A stretch of DNA of 64,000 nucleotides from Lobosporangium transversale (Eukaryota), in assembly GCF_002105155.1 (NCBI RefSeq), contig NW_019028992.1:310001-374000 (forward strand). Reading direction: 5' to 3'. Positions within the stretch are counted from its first letter, which is position 1; every line of letters starts with the position of its first letter. The notes under the pieces are model-generated. The model did not search any database, was not told the origin of the DNA, and worked only from the letters and a program-made list of their open reading frames with translations. A program made the translations under genes and the position numbers. Shown here piece by piece: positions 12,401-25,143 of the stretch.

Positions 12401-13177
12401 TTTAGGAGGACCAAGAATAATACGATCTAGAAATTATATGTGTAGATCGAAATCATAAATCCAATACGTTTGGTTAATTTTTCCAATGTATGGTTTTGCA
12501 TAGAAGGTTCGGGCATTGAATGGCATCATCTAGTAGAATTTTCAATTTTTGTTTTTTTTTTTTTTTTTTTTTTTTTTTTCAAAGTTAATCGTCATACCTG
12601 GTAGAGTGGTTTTGCTAATGAAAGATGTCATATCATGCCGTGTCCATTCCATGAATGGCCCATCATTAATTCAAAAGGAGAGAAGAATATCAGAGTTAGG
12701 ATGGTTGTTTCATAAGTGAAAAGCAATCAAGAGGGGCCTTGATCCAATGATATTCAATGTTCTTCAAGCCAGCCCCTTGAAGCAGCTTCTATCTGTTATT
12801 TTTGAATTGAATCCTGTACCTTGTTGATTTGCGACCATTACTGTTATTAGCTTCAGGCTCATCCTTGGAAGCCTCACTATTGCATAAAGATGGCGAGACA
12901 GGAAATGTGCAGGAACAAAAGTGTAAGTCAAATCATGATAGTTCATTGTGTCATGAGTTCGTTGTTTCTTTTTAGAGTAAAAAAAAAAAAAAAAAAAACC
13001 AGAGAGGTCATACCCAAACCAGACGCTCGTTGGCGGAAGGGCTTCAGGTCGCTGGACTAAGGGACTTTTAGCACACTCTAAAAGGAATTCTCTTGAGTAG
13101 CGGATGACGGTGTCCGCATTGAGAGAGGTGCCATCACGCACCTCAGTCGACTGAGGTCCGGATGGTTTAGTACTCAT
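9423..13177 (-). CDS. eIF4E-binding protein, 4E-T (EIF4ENIF1)/Eap1-like; multi-exon
   Basis: N-terminal canonical YXXXXL-phi motif (IRYSREFLL) followed by SPLV.RPE.LP. Internal short motifs DRIILGPPKMSFASS, PEWM, DDIQAWKARMK and GSRFARFF; Q/P-rich C-terminus. Exons 13177-13014, 12876-12820 and 12614-12598 join in frame; the last exon ends ...RRHRQ* at 9423. Confidence 0.8.
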
Positions 13178-14245
13178 TGCTTGTTACGCAAAAAATGGCT
13201 TTCTTTTTTTCTTTTTTATTTATATTTGTCTAAACAACGACAGGAAGTAAATTGGTATGAAGGTTTGAGTTTGCTTCAGTTGCTCCAATTCTGCATAGAG
13301 CATGATGGTGTTGGGCGTATACAGATCTTGCGCGTAGCCACAAGTCATGAACGTTATTTATTTGTGTATGAACCAGATGATCAGAATGACAATGTTGGCT
13401 CCACAAGATATTGTGTTGTATTACTGATTGATAGAGGAGGTTAGAGAATCTGGCAATAAAAGGGAGAGGAAAGGGGAAGAAATTCAATTACCTTTGGGGG
13501 AAGCAGATAGAGAAATGGGGTTAGGGGTACAAGAATGATTAAGTAGTAACAATTGACTATAGAATGTAGAGAGATGGAGAAGGAGATGATGAAGAAAGAG
13601 ATGGAGAGTGAGCAGTAAAGAGCTGTAAAGGAGAAGATGCGTTTATGTGCGTGTGTATATTATAATAAAACGGACGAAACACTATCCTTTTTTTCCTTTT
13701 AATTTATTCTGGATGTGATTTGAAGGGATCAACTACATTCATTCATTTCAAGTCCATGCTTCGAAGGACAGATACGCAACGTCACGCCAACAGTCACAAA
13801 TATTTTCTTTTTCCTTTTTTTTTTTTTTTTTTTCTTGATTCGCTTCCTATTTTAATGCTTGCATGCTTTTTTCAAGTTCATTTTGTTCATTTTTGTTCCT
13901 TATTCACCTTTTCTTTTCTTTTTTCTTTTTTTTTTTCTCTCTTCCTTGCTACGGCTTTTTCATCCTTGCAGCCATCATTTTCACTCTTTTCTTTGTTTTT
14001 TTCTTCATTCAAATACATATTCACTTTAGTACATACATACATATCCTTTTTCTTCCTCCCGTCTCGAACGAAGCATTGCCATTCTTTCAACAGTTGCTCT
14101 ACCTCAATCTTTGACTTACTCTACCATACCATTTCTCCCAACTTGCTACTCTATCCGATACTTCATCTCTACGTACTAGTAATCCCGTATTTGCTCTTAT
14201 ATCCCATAGTATTTTTTTGATATCAACGTGATATTATTCCCCATC
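13178..14245. promoter_or_regulatory. Putative bidirectional promoter/5'UTR region between the 4E-T-like gene and eIF4E
   Basis: Divergent ATGs at 13177(-) and 14246(+). A central TATA-like TATATTATAATAAAA (~13657-13671), ACGTCA and CAGTCACA (Homol-D-like, 13791-13798) are present, with pyrimidine-rich leaders pointing outward on each strand. Confidence 0.5.
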
Positions 14246-15457
14246 ATGGCTCAGAACAATAACCTTACAGTACCTACCACTGGTTCTGATGATAAATACG
14301 TCACCGTCTTTAACGATCCCGTCAATTTCAACGCAAAGCATCCTCTTCACCACTCCTGGACTCTTTGGTTCGATAATCCCGGGAAAAGGTCAAATGAAAA
14401 TACCTGGGAACAATCTCTTAAGGAGCTTATCACCTTTGATACCGTCGAGGACTTTTGGGGGTAAGAAGCAGGGGAATAAAAGTATAAAAACGGAAGAAAA
14501 AAGTGCTTTGATTGATCAATATAAAGCGGGTGTAGAAACTTTTGTCGTCTATTCCTCCGCATTGATCTCTCCACAATAAAAAAAAAGAACCTTTTGTGGG
14601 CACTGGTAACAGTTAGGATCGAGTTTTCCAGCACTAAATATTTCCCCATTCGGCACAAAAAAAGAAAGCTTCGGTTTTTTTCTTACTTGGCGATGGCTAA
14701 TTCCTTATCTTGAAGCTAACCTTTCGAGGAGTTTTTATTTCTCTGTTTTGTGATAGTGTTTACAACAATATCATGAAAGCATGTGATCTCTCGATCAATT
14801 CTAATTACCATCTTTTCAAACATGGGATTAAACCTATGTGGGAGGATCCTGCCAACAAGCATGGCGGAAAATGGAGCATTCAGTTACCACGTAATAAGAC
14901 CATAACCGAAATCGACAATATATGGCTCTATACGGTATTTTTTTTTTTTTTTTTTTTTTTTGCAGTATTTTGATTTGATCTAGGATTATTATGAATACAC
15001 TTCCCATGTCTACATATATATGATATTTTAACACGTGTCTGCTTTTGCCTGCTTCTCCAACATGATCTATCTAATCTTCAATATCCCACTATTAGATGTT
15101 GGCCTGTATTGGCGAGGCATTTGAGCACGAAAACGAAGTATGTGGAGTAGTGGTATCAGTCCGCAAGGGATTCTTTAGGATAGCATTATGGACTCGATCT
15201 TCAGACAACCGCGATGTAATCATGGGCATTGGGTAGGTCAAATGTTCTTTTTTCTATGACTTTATGGTCTTATTTTAATTTATTTAATACGACCCTGAGA
15301 TATGGTACATAATTCATTAAACACCTATTTTGGTACTCTGCTCTCACTTTCTTTTTTGTTTCATAGGCGCACATTAAAAAGCCAAACGTCAATTGATGGT
15401 CAATTTGACTTCCAGTCTCATCATGATTCCAAGGGTGGTGCTAAATGGACTGTGTAA
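14246..15457 (+). CDS. eIF4E: Eukaryotic translation initiation factor 4E (class I), 206 aa
   Basis: Exons 14246-14460, 14757-14934, 15096-15232 and 15367-15457 join in frame. Motifs [43 protein letters not shown] and RIALW are present, with the conserved Trp residues retained. Confidence 0.97.
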
Positions 15458-15505
15458 AATAAAATTATACTTAGGCTTCCTTTTCTTGTGTTCATGAAAA
15501 GCTTC

Positions 15506-15541
<36 letters not shown>

Positions 15542-16009
15542 CCTCGAACCCAGGCCTTGTAGCCATTAACAATAGCAAACTTGGAAGACATCTTTCAAGA
15601 GCATGGTAATAATAAAAGGAGAAAAAAGAAAAAAAAGGTGGAAGATCTCTTATCGTAAGAAGACAATTTTATGGATGACCAAAATATACTTGTTCAACAT
15701 TATTGGTTTCTATTGCACTAAAGTTGTGATCAAAGGATTTATTCACTATTTCACCAATAATGAGATATTATGTTGCCTTTGCTGCTCTCTAGTTGAAAAC
15801 TGCGTAATAAAAAAGGGGGAGGGGAGAAAGAGGATCCGTGAGTGGTAGAGTTAGAATGAAGGTCGTCGTTTTGTTTAGTTTCAAGCACACTTCATTGGTC
15901 CAAGATGTCGCTGCTCCATAGGCAAGACCTGTACTCAGACTCCTTTTATTTTTTATTATCTCGTTTTCTTTTTTTCTCTTCGCCTTGTGATCCTGAAAAT
16001 ATCGATCCC

Positions 16010-16914
16010 TTAGAGTTCCAAACCCGGTGCCTCATCGTCATCTGAAAATGAGTCCATCGTGCTCATGTCATCGTCCGATGAACTTTCATCTGTTGCCGCA
16101 TCTGCTCCCTCCTTTGTTGCATGGATTGCAACATATTCTAGAGTTGTGATCAAAACGTAGTTTAAATATCATGTTAAAAATATCATGGTTGATTTCTGCA
16201 AAAAAAAAAAAAAAAAAAAAAGTTAAGAACATGTATGTCAGTACCTTTGACCTTGTTTTCATATCCTGCTGGCTCGCGCATCAACATGGCGGCGGCCTCG
16301 CCATTGAGAGGGTCAGTAGGGTTAGGGTAGCGGAGCAGCTGAGGCAAAAATACCTCAAAGATGTTGATCATATCTGTTGGCAATTGCGGAAAATTTACTT
16401 TATGGTTAAAAGACAACGTTTTTCGAAAACTTTACTTCACTAGATGTAGATTCATGCATTCGTAGGGTCCTCGTAAACCATCATATGTTCTTGTCTTACC
16501 GAACATTGGGCTCCATGTCTGGTTAATGACATCCAAGCATACTGACCCACTCCTATTAAAAAGGAAAAAAAAAAGGCAGATATTAGGTTTACCCTTCACC
16601 CCTCTCTCCTTTTTTTTTTGCAATTACAAAATACGAACAAGAATTATGATATGGGGTCAAGGGTCTGAGATTTGTTTTTCTTTCTTCCTTTGTTATAGAC
16701 TTACACTTCATCAATGTTAGGGTGGAAAATCTTGTTCATGAAGCCGATTGATGGTGATTTGTATGGGTACTGATCTGGTAGCTCTACATGAATCTTCCAG
16801 ACACCGCCTGCAAATGGGGCTGTAGAAAATAAAAGAGAGAAACCTCACTAGTTATTACATCTGAAAAGCTACAAATAAAAGACTGCCAACACCCTAACAC
16901 TTCTAGTTATCGAA

Positions 16915-16950
<36 letters not shown>

Positions 16951-17192
16951 AGAACTTACTATCTGTGGGGCCATGAAACCGAACATAGAACTCTTGCATA
17001 TTGTCATTGACAAGTGTCACTTCATAATCGCTCATCAACCTGTACATGAAAGGAAAGGAAAAGAAAAAAGAGTCAGAATCATTCTTGTTATATGGTACAA
17101 TGGGGAGAAAAAAATAAGTAAAAGTGAATGAGAATAACGCAGACTTACAGCTTCATTACGTCTGTCTCGATTCTTCTACGTGGTGAGGACAT
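16010..17192 (-). CDS. UBC8: Ubiquitin-conjugating enzyme E2 H/Ubc8 (GID/CTLH complex E2); spliced
   Basis: [49 protein letters not shown] and [16 protein letters not shown], with an acidic tail. Confidence 0.95.
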
Positions 17193-17649
17193 TGTTGCTT
17201 TTAATGTTTGGGATGTACTTGGGTTGGAGTTGGGTCGATTGTAAATCTGACGAGTGTTGCAAAGGTTGAAGCTGTTCGGTGTAAAAGCGAGGATGGGATG
17301 TTATAAAAAGAGAAAGGCCTTTTGTACGTGAGATGAAAAGAGTCCCGTGCCAGAACAAAAAAGTTAAGGATCACATAAAAAGGAGCACGTCAAAGTGCAT
17401 GTAACACAATTGGACATCCAGGTGACCAACCTTTCCCCATCCCCTTTTCCTTCACCACAAGCATCCTGGCCCTTCAGTCGATGGGTTACAGTCTTACAAT
17501 AAAATCACCATCGCATATTCAAACGATATTGAAAACAATTATTACGTAGTGCCTTTTTATCCAAGTATAAAAAGTACATTATGTCGCAGATCCTCAAATT
17601 GCCTTTATTTGGATGGTAGACAGCTATGCATTCCTTCTTTTTCTTTATT

Positions 17650-19202
17650 TTAGTTGGTGGCAGCGCGGCGACGGTCACGCTCCTCGGCAATGGTGAGTTT
17701 GACACCCTTGTTCTTGGGGAGTGAGACCCAAGGCTTGTTACCCTGACCAATGACAAAGACGTTGGAAACACGGGTGGCGAACTGGCGGTCCAAAACATCC
17801 TTAATGTGGACAATATCGAAGCCTCCAATATGACGCTCACGGTGGGTGATGACACCGACACGACCAGTGTTACGACCACCAGTGACCATGGCAACGTTAC
17901 CGACCTCGAACTTGACAAACTCGTTAAACTTGCCAGTCTCGAGATCGAGCTTGATAGTGTCGTTGACCTTGATCAAAGGATCAGGGTAGCGGAGGGTACG
18001 GCCATCATGGGTGACGACGAAGGGGATACCTTTGGCACCGAGTTGGACCTTCTTGACCTTGCACAACTTGTACTTGGCTTCCTCAGCAGTGATACGGTGG
18101 ACAGTGAAACGTCCCTTGGTATCATAGACAAGACGGAAGTTCTCGCCAGTCTTCTCGATGGTGATGACATCCATGAAACCAGCAGGGAAGGTAGTGTCGG
18201 TGCGGACCTTGCCATCGACCTTGACAAGACGCTGCATAAGGATTGACAGAACCTCTTTGCCATTGAGGGCGTACTTCAGGCGGTTGCGCAACAAGATGAC
18301 GAGAGGTAAGCACTCACGGAGCTTATGGGGACCAGCGGAGGGTCTGGGGGCCTACATTTTTTCCAGGTTTCCGAAAATATAATGTGACCATGAAAAAGAA
18401 AAATATATCAGTATCAATGTAGTGTAATTCAACGACAGAATATTGCAGAAGCTAATAGGTGAAGTATCTCTGCGATGGGCTCTGACAGTGAAGTTGAACA
18501 AGTGGCGACGTTGCATTGCATCCAAGGCACAGTAGTTTTCGATGTCTCCCTCAATCCTGTCGTTTAAGTCATTTCATGAAAAGATGTAGTTGTTGAGAGT
18601 CTTTAGAGCTAGTCGAAGGAATATCTGTAGTGCTGTATAGTTGAAAGAATACATTATTGTAATATAATTTTCTGTCACATATGATATTGTATAGTAGCGA
18701 AAAAGACAGTACGAGGCTTTTCTGAATCCAGTAAAAACGTCCTTAGTTGATAGTGATGGCTGAAAAAAAATAAAAGAAAAAAGCTGATAAACTTTGAAAG
18801 CTGTTGAGGTATGGTTACAATTGCTGAAAGAAATGGTGCATCCGTGTAGTCGACTATGCTTCACAATGAAAAGGAAAAGACATCAAAATCGCGTCCTGAG
18901 TGTTCACATACATAAGTGCCGGTAAGCTTGTCAAGCATCCAGTGCTTGGGAGCATTGAGGCGCTTCAAGTGCTTTTTGGGTCCACGAGCCTAGATCAGAA
19001 AAAGGCATAAATAGAAATGCCAGAGTTAGATTTAACGCTCCTCAAGACATCAATAATCGGTTGTTCATTTCTGTCTCCAGTCCTCCAACTTGGTCTAATG
19101 TGTTCCGTTGATGTTTATGTGAGATGTATATACATTCAACTAGATTCTTCTTTTCAAAACTTCCAATCAAGATCGTGTATGTTGTTCCGAAAAGCTCCAA
19201 GC

Positions 19203-19236
<34 letters not shown>

Positions 19237-19425
19237 AGATTGCTAATATAATAATTTCAGCGGGATAGACAGATGGGGTTTTCATTCTTTTTTGACATGT
19301 AGCCCTGTGTATTGATCAATCGATGGATGGTTGTAAAACTTGATAACCGATGGGTGTCGCATCCATAATTGTGGTTTGATCCATGCACTCTGATTGGATA
19401 AGCAGTAACGCATTATAGCTACCAT
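17650..19425 (-). CDS. RPS4: 40S ribosomal protein S4 (eS4), 260 aa
   Basis: An ATG-only first coding exon (19425-19423, inferred), then exon 18989-18912 ([19 protein letters not shown]) and exon 18351-17650 ([14 protein letters not shown]...[11 protein letters not shown]). Confidence 0.96.
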
Positions 19426-19539
19426 TTTGAAATGAAAGAGGGAATCAAATATCCGCTGGACCACACACGTTTTTACGCAGGAATTTCTTTCTCTAAATTT
19501 TAAGGGGCATAATACCATTTTATTTTGAACATTTAGCAA

Positions 19540-22289
19540 TTAAGACACTGAGACAGCCTGGCGCGGCATATTTTGATAGTGTGCCAGAGGTACATTGTCA
19601 TCCTCTTCGTCTTCTTGAGTAATCTGGGGAGCAGATTTTATCGAGAGCGTCGAGAGAGTGTCAGATTGGGAGCCAATCTGTGGTTTTTGGGGATGTTGCC
19701 GCAAAGGTATATCGATTTCTGGCTCCACGATCTGGTTCTCTTCATTAGAATTACTATATGAGCCGCTCTGGTTAGTCGCCGATAAGCTGGAACCCTGTTG
19801 ACGAGGCGGCGTGATATGATTGGTATTCGGATTGCTATGGTGGTGTTGCTGCTGCTTTTGCTGTTGACTTTTCTTTTTCTGGCTCTTCCTCTTTTTGGGT
19901 TTCGATTTTGATTTTTCTTTGCCATCTTCTTTTGATTCAAATCCTTTATTATTCTCTATTTGCCTTTGAGCCTGTTGCAACAACATTTGCTGCTGTTGTT
20001 GTTCTTGTTGCTGTTGCAGAAGTTGCTGCTGCTGAATCACACCAAGATACCAAAACATCATGTTGGAAATCAATACTTGCTCATGAAGAGGTCTCCGAGG
20101 GTTGGCTAACTTTACGTGCGACAGGCGGTAAATGGCGCGTTCGATATGAATAGGTAGTCGGTTATAATTACTGTACTTGGGTCTCTCAGATATAATGGAT
20201 TGTCTGGATTGCCCATTAGTCGAAATCATCTGTGTGTTCTCTACCGTTGTTATCTGAGCTTTAGATGACGTTGACTTGCCATTTCGTGAAAAGAGCATCG
20301 AAAGAGTAGACTGTTTTTTGACTGCAACCTCGTTTGAGGTGAATGCCTGGGTATTGATATCGGTGCTGGACACTTGTGATGATGGCGTATTGTTGGATTT
20401 GGCAGATAATGGGAGCGAGACACCGGCTCCAGAACTGGTATTCTCAATTGATTTATCACCTTTCTCTTTGCCCCATAACCACGACCATGTGGAAGGCTTC
20501 TTGCCATGGACAAGAGTGCCTGTATGCCCTACTTGTTTTTGTTTGATTGAAAGTTGTGGAAGCTGCGGTGATAATGGAGCTTTACCAGATGGCGGTTGTT
20601 GAGACGTAGACTGTTGTAACAAGTTTTGAGTCAATTTCACAGGCGGTGGTATAGGATAGCTAATAGTAAAGTTCTCGGTTGTTTCTATGCGTTGATGGTC
20701 GCTTGTTTCAGATAAAATTCGTGTTGATGCGGAGTTCTCCAGCTGCCCTGGTACGCCAACTTTGAAAGATGATATGCTACCCTCATTTCTATTCGTTTCT
20801 TCATTATCTCTGCGCTGTTGTTCCAGCAAGTGCGGTTCAACATAAGTTGTGATCGTAGGCTTCGAAGAGTCTCTAAGAGTAGAAACAAACCGTTTCACTG
20901 GTTGCGTCTCCCCGTTTCGTTGTGTCTTTTGGGAATCCTCAGATGATACATTTATGTTGGTAGCAGTGGCAGTAGCACTGATAGCTGTAGCGGTAGCGGT
21001 AGTGGTGACAGTAGACGGCAGAGCGACGGACGGTCGTGGTTGTGGACCAGGATCGACCAATGATACCGGTGTATATTCGCCGTCTGGATCCACATTATAT
21101 CTTAGACGTGATACATCAGTTCTGGCATCATTAGATGCTGTTGAATTCCTGCGAATCTTTGTCCTTGCGCTTCGTCGAAGAAGAGACAGTCCACCTCGCT
21201 CAAGCCCACCAGGTCGTTTGGCCGCCATAAGATCTTCTTCCACTTCATCTACCGAAAAATGCTCCCCTATTGTACATCAGAGATGACAGATAATAGATGG
21301 TCAGACAATCGATGAGCATAGCTGGATGGGATGAAATGAGTGGCGAGGTGATACAAACATACTTGTAGGAGAAGACACTGAGAGACTAACGCTTCGTCTC
21401 AAAGAAGCTTTAGTCTTAAGTGGTGGAGTACCCATCTGCTCTAATGGCGCTGAAAATACACCAGACAGGAAATCTGAGCTATCTTTTTCTTCTATAATCT
21501 TTGCTGGCTTGCGAGGGTGATCCTCATGATCATCTTCAGGATTATATTGTGCAGACAAGACAGACTTTCTCCGTGTAACCGATTTTTTCCTTGGGGACAT
21601 GACCCCGTCAGCGTTCTGAGAATTCACCCCATGTTTTGAGAGCCATTTATTATACTCGTTTGGAGCGATCTCGGGATGAAGATGGAAAGGAACCTAATAC
21701 ATCAATAAATAAAAAATATAAAAATTAGCACTCACATGCATTCAAGCGTAAAGTTCGATGAAAAGCATAGTTACAAACATACCCAGAATAGATGCGAGGG
21801 ATTTGTAGTCTCGATCTGAACCTCTTTCATGTCTTCCTGATCATCGCTGGAGCCAGATAGCTGTAGCGATGGTGACTGAATGACAGGACCATCCTGTGAG
21901 ATTGTAATATGATCTGGAAGAAACATACTCTGTCTCTTGGCGGAAAGAGAAGAAGAGTGGACAAGAGAGGGCGGAGAAAGTTTGTTCTGAGGTGGGCTGA
22001 CATGCATCATTCCGTCGTCCGGACTATATAACTGGGGGGATATCGGTTGGTCCCCCGCCGGTGACTCTGGAGGTGTGCCTGGAGACATTGATGGGGATGA
22101 CGAGGAGGAAGATGTAGAAGAGGATGAAGAAAGAGGGGTTGATGTAGTCTTTGGTGATGCATCATTGTTTTCTGAGTCTGTATTTGTCACTGTTTTGTAA
22201 ATGTTTGTTGCTATCTCCAAGGCGGCTTCTCTCTTATCGCTGGATGTGTGGCTGGTAAACCCAGCTGAGAATGGTCCCATTCTGTCCAT
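19540..22289 (-). CDS. Zds1/Zds2-like PP2A-Cdc55 regulator (Zds_C domain); spliced; may extend upstream to 23162
   Basis: Zds_C motif RLPIHIERAIYRLSHVKLANPRRPLHEQVLISNMMFWYL, plus the N-terminal conserved block PSHLFWV|PFHLHPEIAPNEYNKWL across an intron. Confidence 0.88.
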
Positions 22290-25143
22290 TTGTATATTGC
22301 TGCTTATGAAATCGGTTCCAGACAACTTGGTCGCCACAAGAGAAAATAGAGGGGGGACAGAGAAATAGAAAAAATTAGAAGTGAGAAGCAGAAAGGGGAA
22401 GTGAGAAGCGGAAAAAGGAAGTGAGAAGCAGAAAAAGAAGAAAGAATCAACGAGAAGGAGAAGGGAAATGAAGGAAAGATGGAGAGAGAGAGAGAGAGAA
22501 AGAGCGAGCGAAGAAGAGAGCGTTAATATCACACACATTTCCAAAAAAAAATGTTGCTCAATCACTACTGTGTATCTCAAGGCGATATCTGTCTATTGAA
22601 CCTATTGTTTGTCCAGCCCTTTTCAGTCCAGCCGGGCTCTTCTCCACGATGTGAAGGCCTCCATTATAAGCCAGCTCGCCCCTCAGGATAAGGTGATTGT
22701 GTATCATGTTTGGTTGGGCTGAATGCATCTTTACTTGCTCACTGAAAAAGAAAAAAAAAAAGAGAGAGGCGCTGCATTCGATCGTGATACTTTCCACTTT
22801 CCTTGTTTTTATGTCTCCTTCTCTCTCTCCACAATGTGATAAATGCATTGCAGCAGCATGTGGAGAAGTGCACATTGACAATAAGATCCACAACAATAAC
22901 GACATTGGACAAAGTGAATGGGGCTCTGTACCTTTGCCTGTTCAATGGCATCAGTTGGCGAAGCATCGTCTAGTGAAGATCTTGTTTCGGCTGATTCAAA
23001 CATCAGCCCATCGAGTGCTGTGACCTCTCGTCGACTTCGGACAATACTCTCGGTAGATTGTTTTCGAGGGCATTTAGTAGTAGTGTCTGGAATAGAATTG
23101 TTAATAAAAGTAGATGACTCAGAGCTCTCCAAGGACATGTTTTCGCGATTTCTGGAATGCATTTTGCTGTTATGGCGAGTAGTACCAATAATGCAGCAGA
23201 TTTAGAAGTAATAAAATAACAGTGACGGTGAAGAGAGTCTAATTGCTCTTTCTTGCTGTTGTCCAAAGCAATTCTAATCCAGCAAAGAAGTCGCTGAAGT
23301 GAGGAATATGAATAGTCGTCCCAAGCTCCTTTTTGCAAGACCAACCAGTAGGTGGGTCACAATTGAGCTGTTTGAGGTTCTTTTTGGAGGAAGAAGGGAG
23401 GAAAAAGGAGGTGGAGTTTAATGAAAGGAAAGCCTGCTGCGCGGTATTGGGGTTTATTCAGGGGGCGGCACCAGAAGAAGAAAAAAAAGAACAATAACAA
23501 GTGACAATGAGTGAAACGCCGAAGCTTTTCAGTGTCAGGGGAACAAAAAAAGACATGGGGACATGACGCCCCAGATAATTTCATTTCGTGCAACAAAACG
23601 AGGGAGGGACTTCAATAATATTGGACTTCAATATTTTGATATGGCATGTTGGTTTGCCATTTTCTCTTTAATTGTGTGGCGACTGTTCGATGCTTGTTGG
23701 TTTTCCAAATCTGCGGAATTGATTAGCATCCCCTGAATAGCTGCCATCCAAAGGGACTAACTTCGAATGGACAGGATTTACTGTGTTGTTCAAAACAATA
23801 AAACTTGACTGAAAGTCTGCTAATCCTCAAACTATGAGGCAAATAATGCCTCTGAACGCTTCAATAGGATTATGGCGAGCTTTTGGGGTGCAGAAAAGAC
23901 AGGATTGTCTCTTTTGAGCAATGAAGGATATAGGATTTGTTCCTTGGAGGCAAACTTTTTTGAAACCACGCTTGTTGCTAGTAAAAACACAAATGGTTCC
24001 CGTTTTCCGCATACTTTCAGCGCTTCCATAATCCAAGGGCTGTGATGTAGCCATTAAATGTTACATGTTTGTCGAAGCATTGGCACATCCCTTGCAAAAG
24101 TTCAGATGTATGCTAGGAATATTGTTTAAGGGACGTAGAGTAGTCAACGACATGTGGTAGTGTTCAGGTGTTTATACAATACCATATGAGTCCGAACAGT
24201 CGCCTGTGTACATGTACAAATATACAAATATTTGCCTCTAAAATGATGGCCATGAGAACCCTAATGTACACGACACATGCGGTTCAGGGTGACTAAAAAA
24301 AATATTTCCTCGCCAACAATAATAACAATAATGAAGCCCAAAACTGCATCGAAATGCCTGGTAGCTCCCGGGACGATGTAAAATATATTGTTAGAGCGTG
24401 TGGTGCGGCTAAAAAACCAATAAGTTTCCATATTGAGGATGTTTTGAGAAGACGCGCCTAGACAAAGATTTGGCAACAGATCATATCAGTTCTTGTCTTG
24501 TTTCTACTTGAAAATGCAAAAGATCTCCGAATAAATAGCTATCAATGGAATTTACAAATCGTTAATAATGGGTAAACAAAGGCCATTAAACACCTAAACG
24601 TAGGCCCAATCTTGTAAAATTAGGTCTTGAATTATAGTAATGGCTAGCGCCTATCATTCATACCGGGTTATGAAAAGAGGTGATGTATGAGAGTGTTGTG
24701 TATGTTCGAACAATGAAAAGTAGATATTAAGTGATGTGTTCTATTAACACCTAAATGACAAACAATATCTACATCGAGTATCGCTGCCTCGCTTGCTCTC
24801 AAGTCCCGTCGAGGAAACACCGCCTCGAAATAATTCAACACAGCCCTCAACTCCATTTAGACCTTCTCTCATTATGGGAATCCAGCATACCCTTGCTACA
24901 ACAAAGATATGCTAACAATAAATCTATCTAAAGGAGCAGCGACAGGAACACGACATGCTATGTCCAGTGAGAAAGTGTACCGCTTCTCGTTTGCCAATTC
25001 AAATCCGTGGAAAACAACACCTTTATTTTGCTTAGAAGCGCATCATCAGCCTTTCTTAAATCACGTGAGAGCATACTCAATACAAAATGATCAAGACGAA
25101 ATGGATCCTTTTCTCATCCACACTCTCCTGACTAAATTACAAA

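Noticed and set aside
13791..13798. CAGTCACA (Homol-D box) as standalone evidence of a promoter
   Set aside because: The same 8-mer also occurs inside coding regions (~6243 and ~10247), consistent with chance. It is kept only as a note.
18610..18630. AUAUUCCU motif in the RPS4 intron resembling snR30/U17 m1
   Set aside because: No matching m2 (AAACCAU) downstream in the required arrangement.
23700..24060. Possible decayed Sel1-repeat-like coding fragment on the minus strand
   Set aside because: Too degenerate, with stops and frameshifts and no convincing motif.
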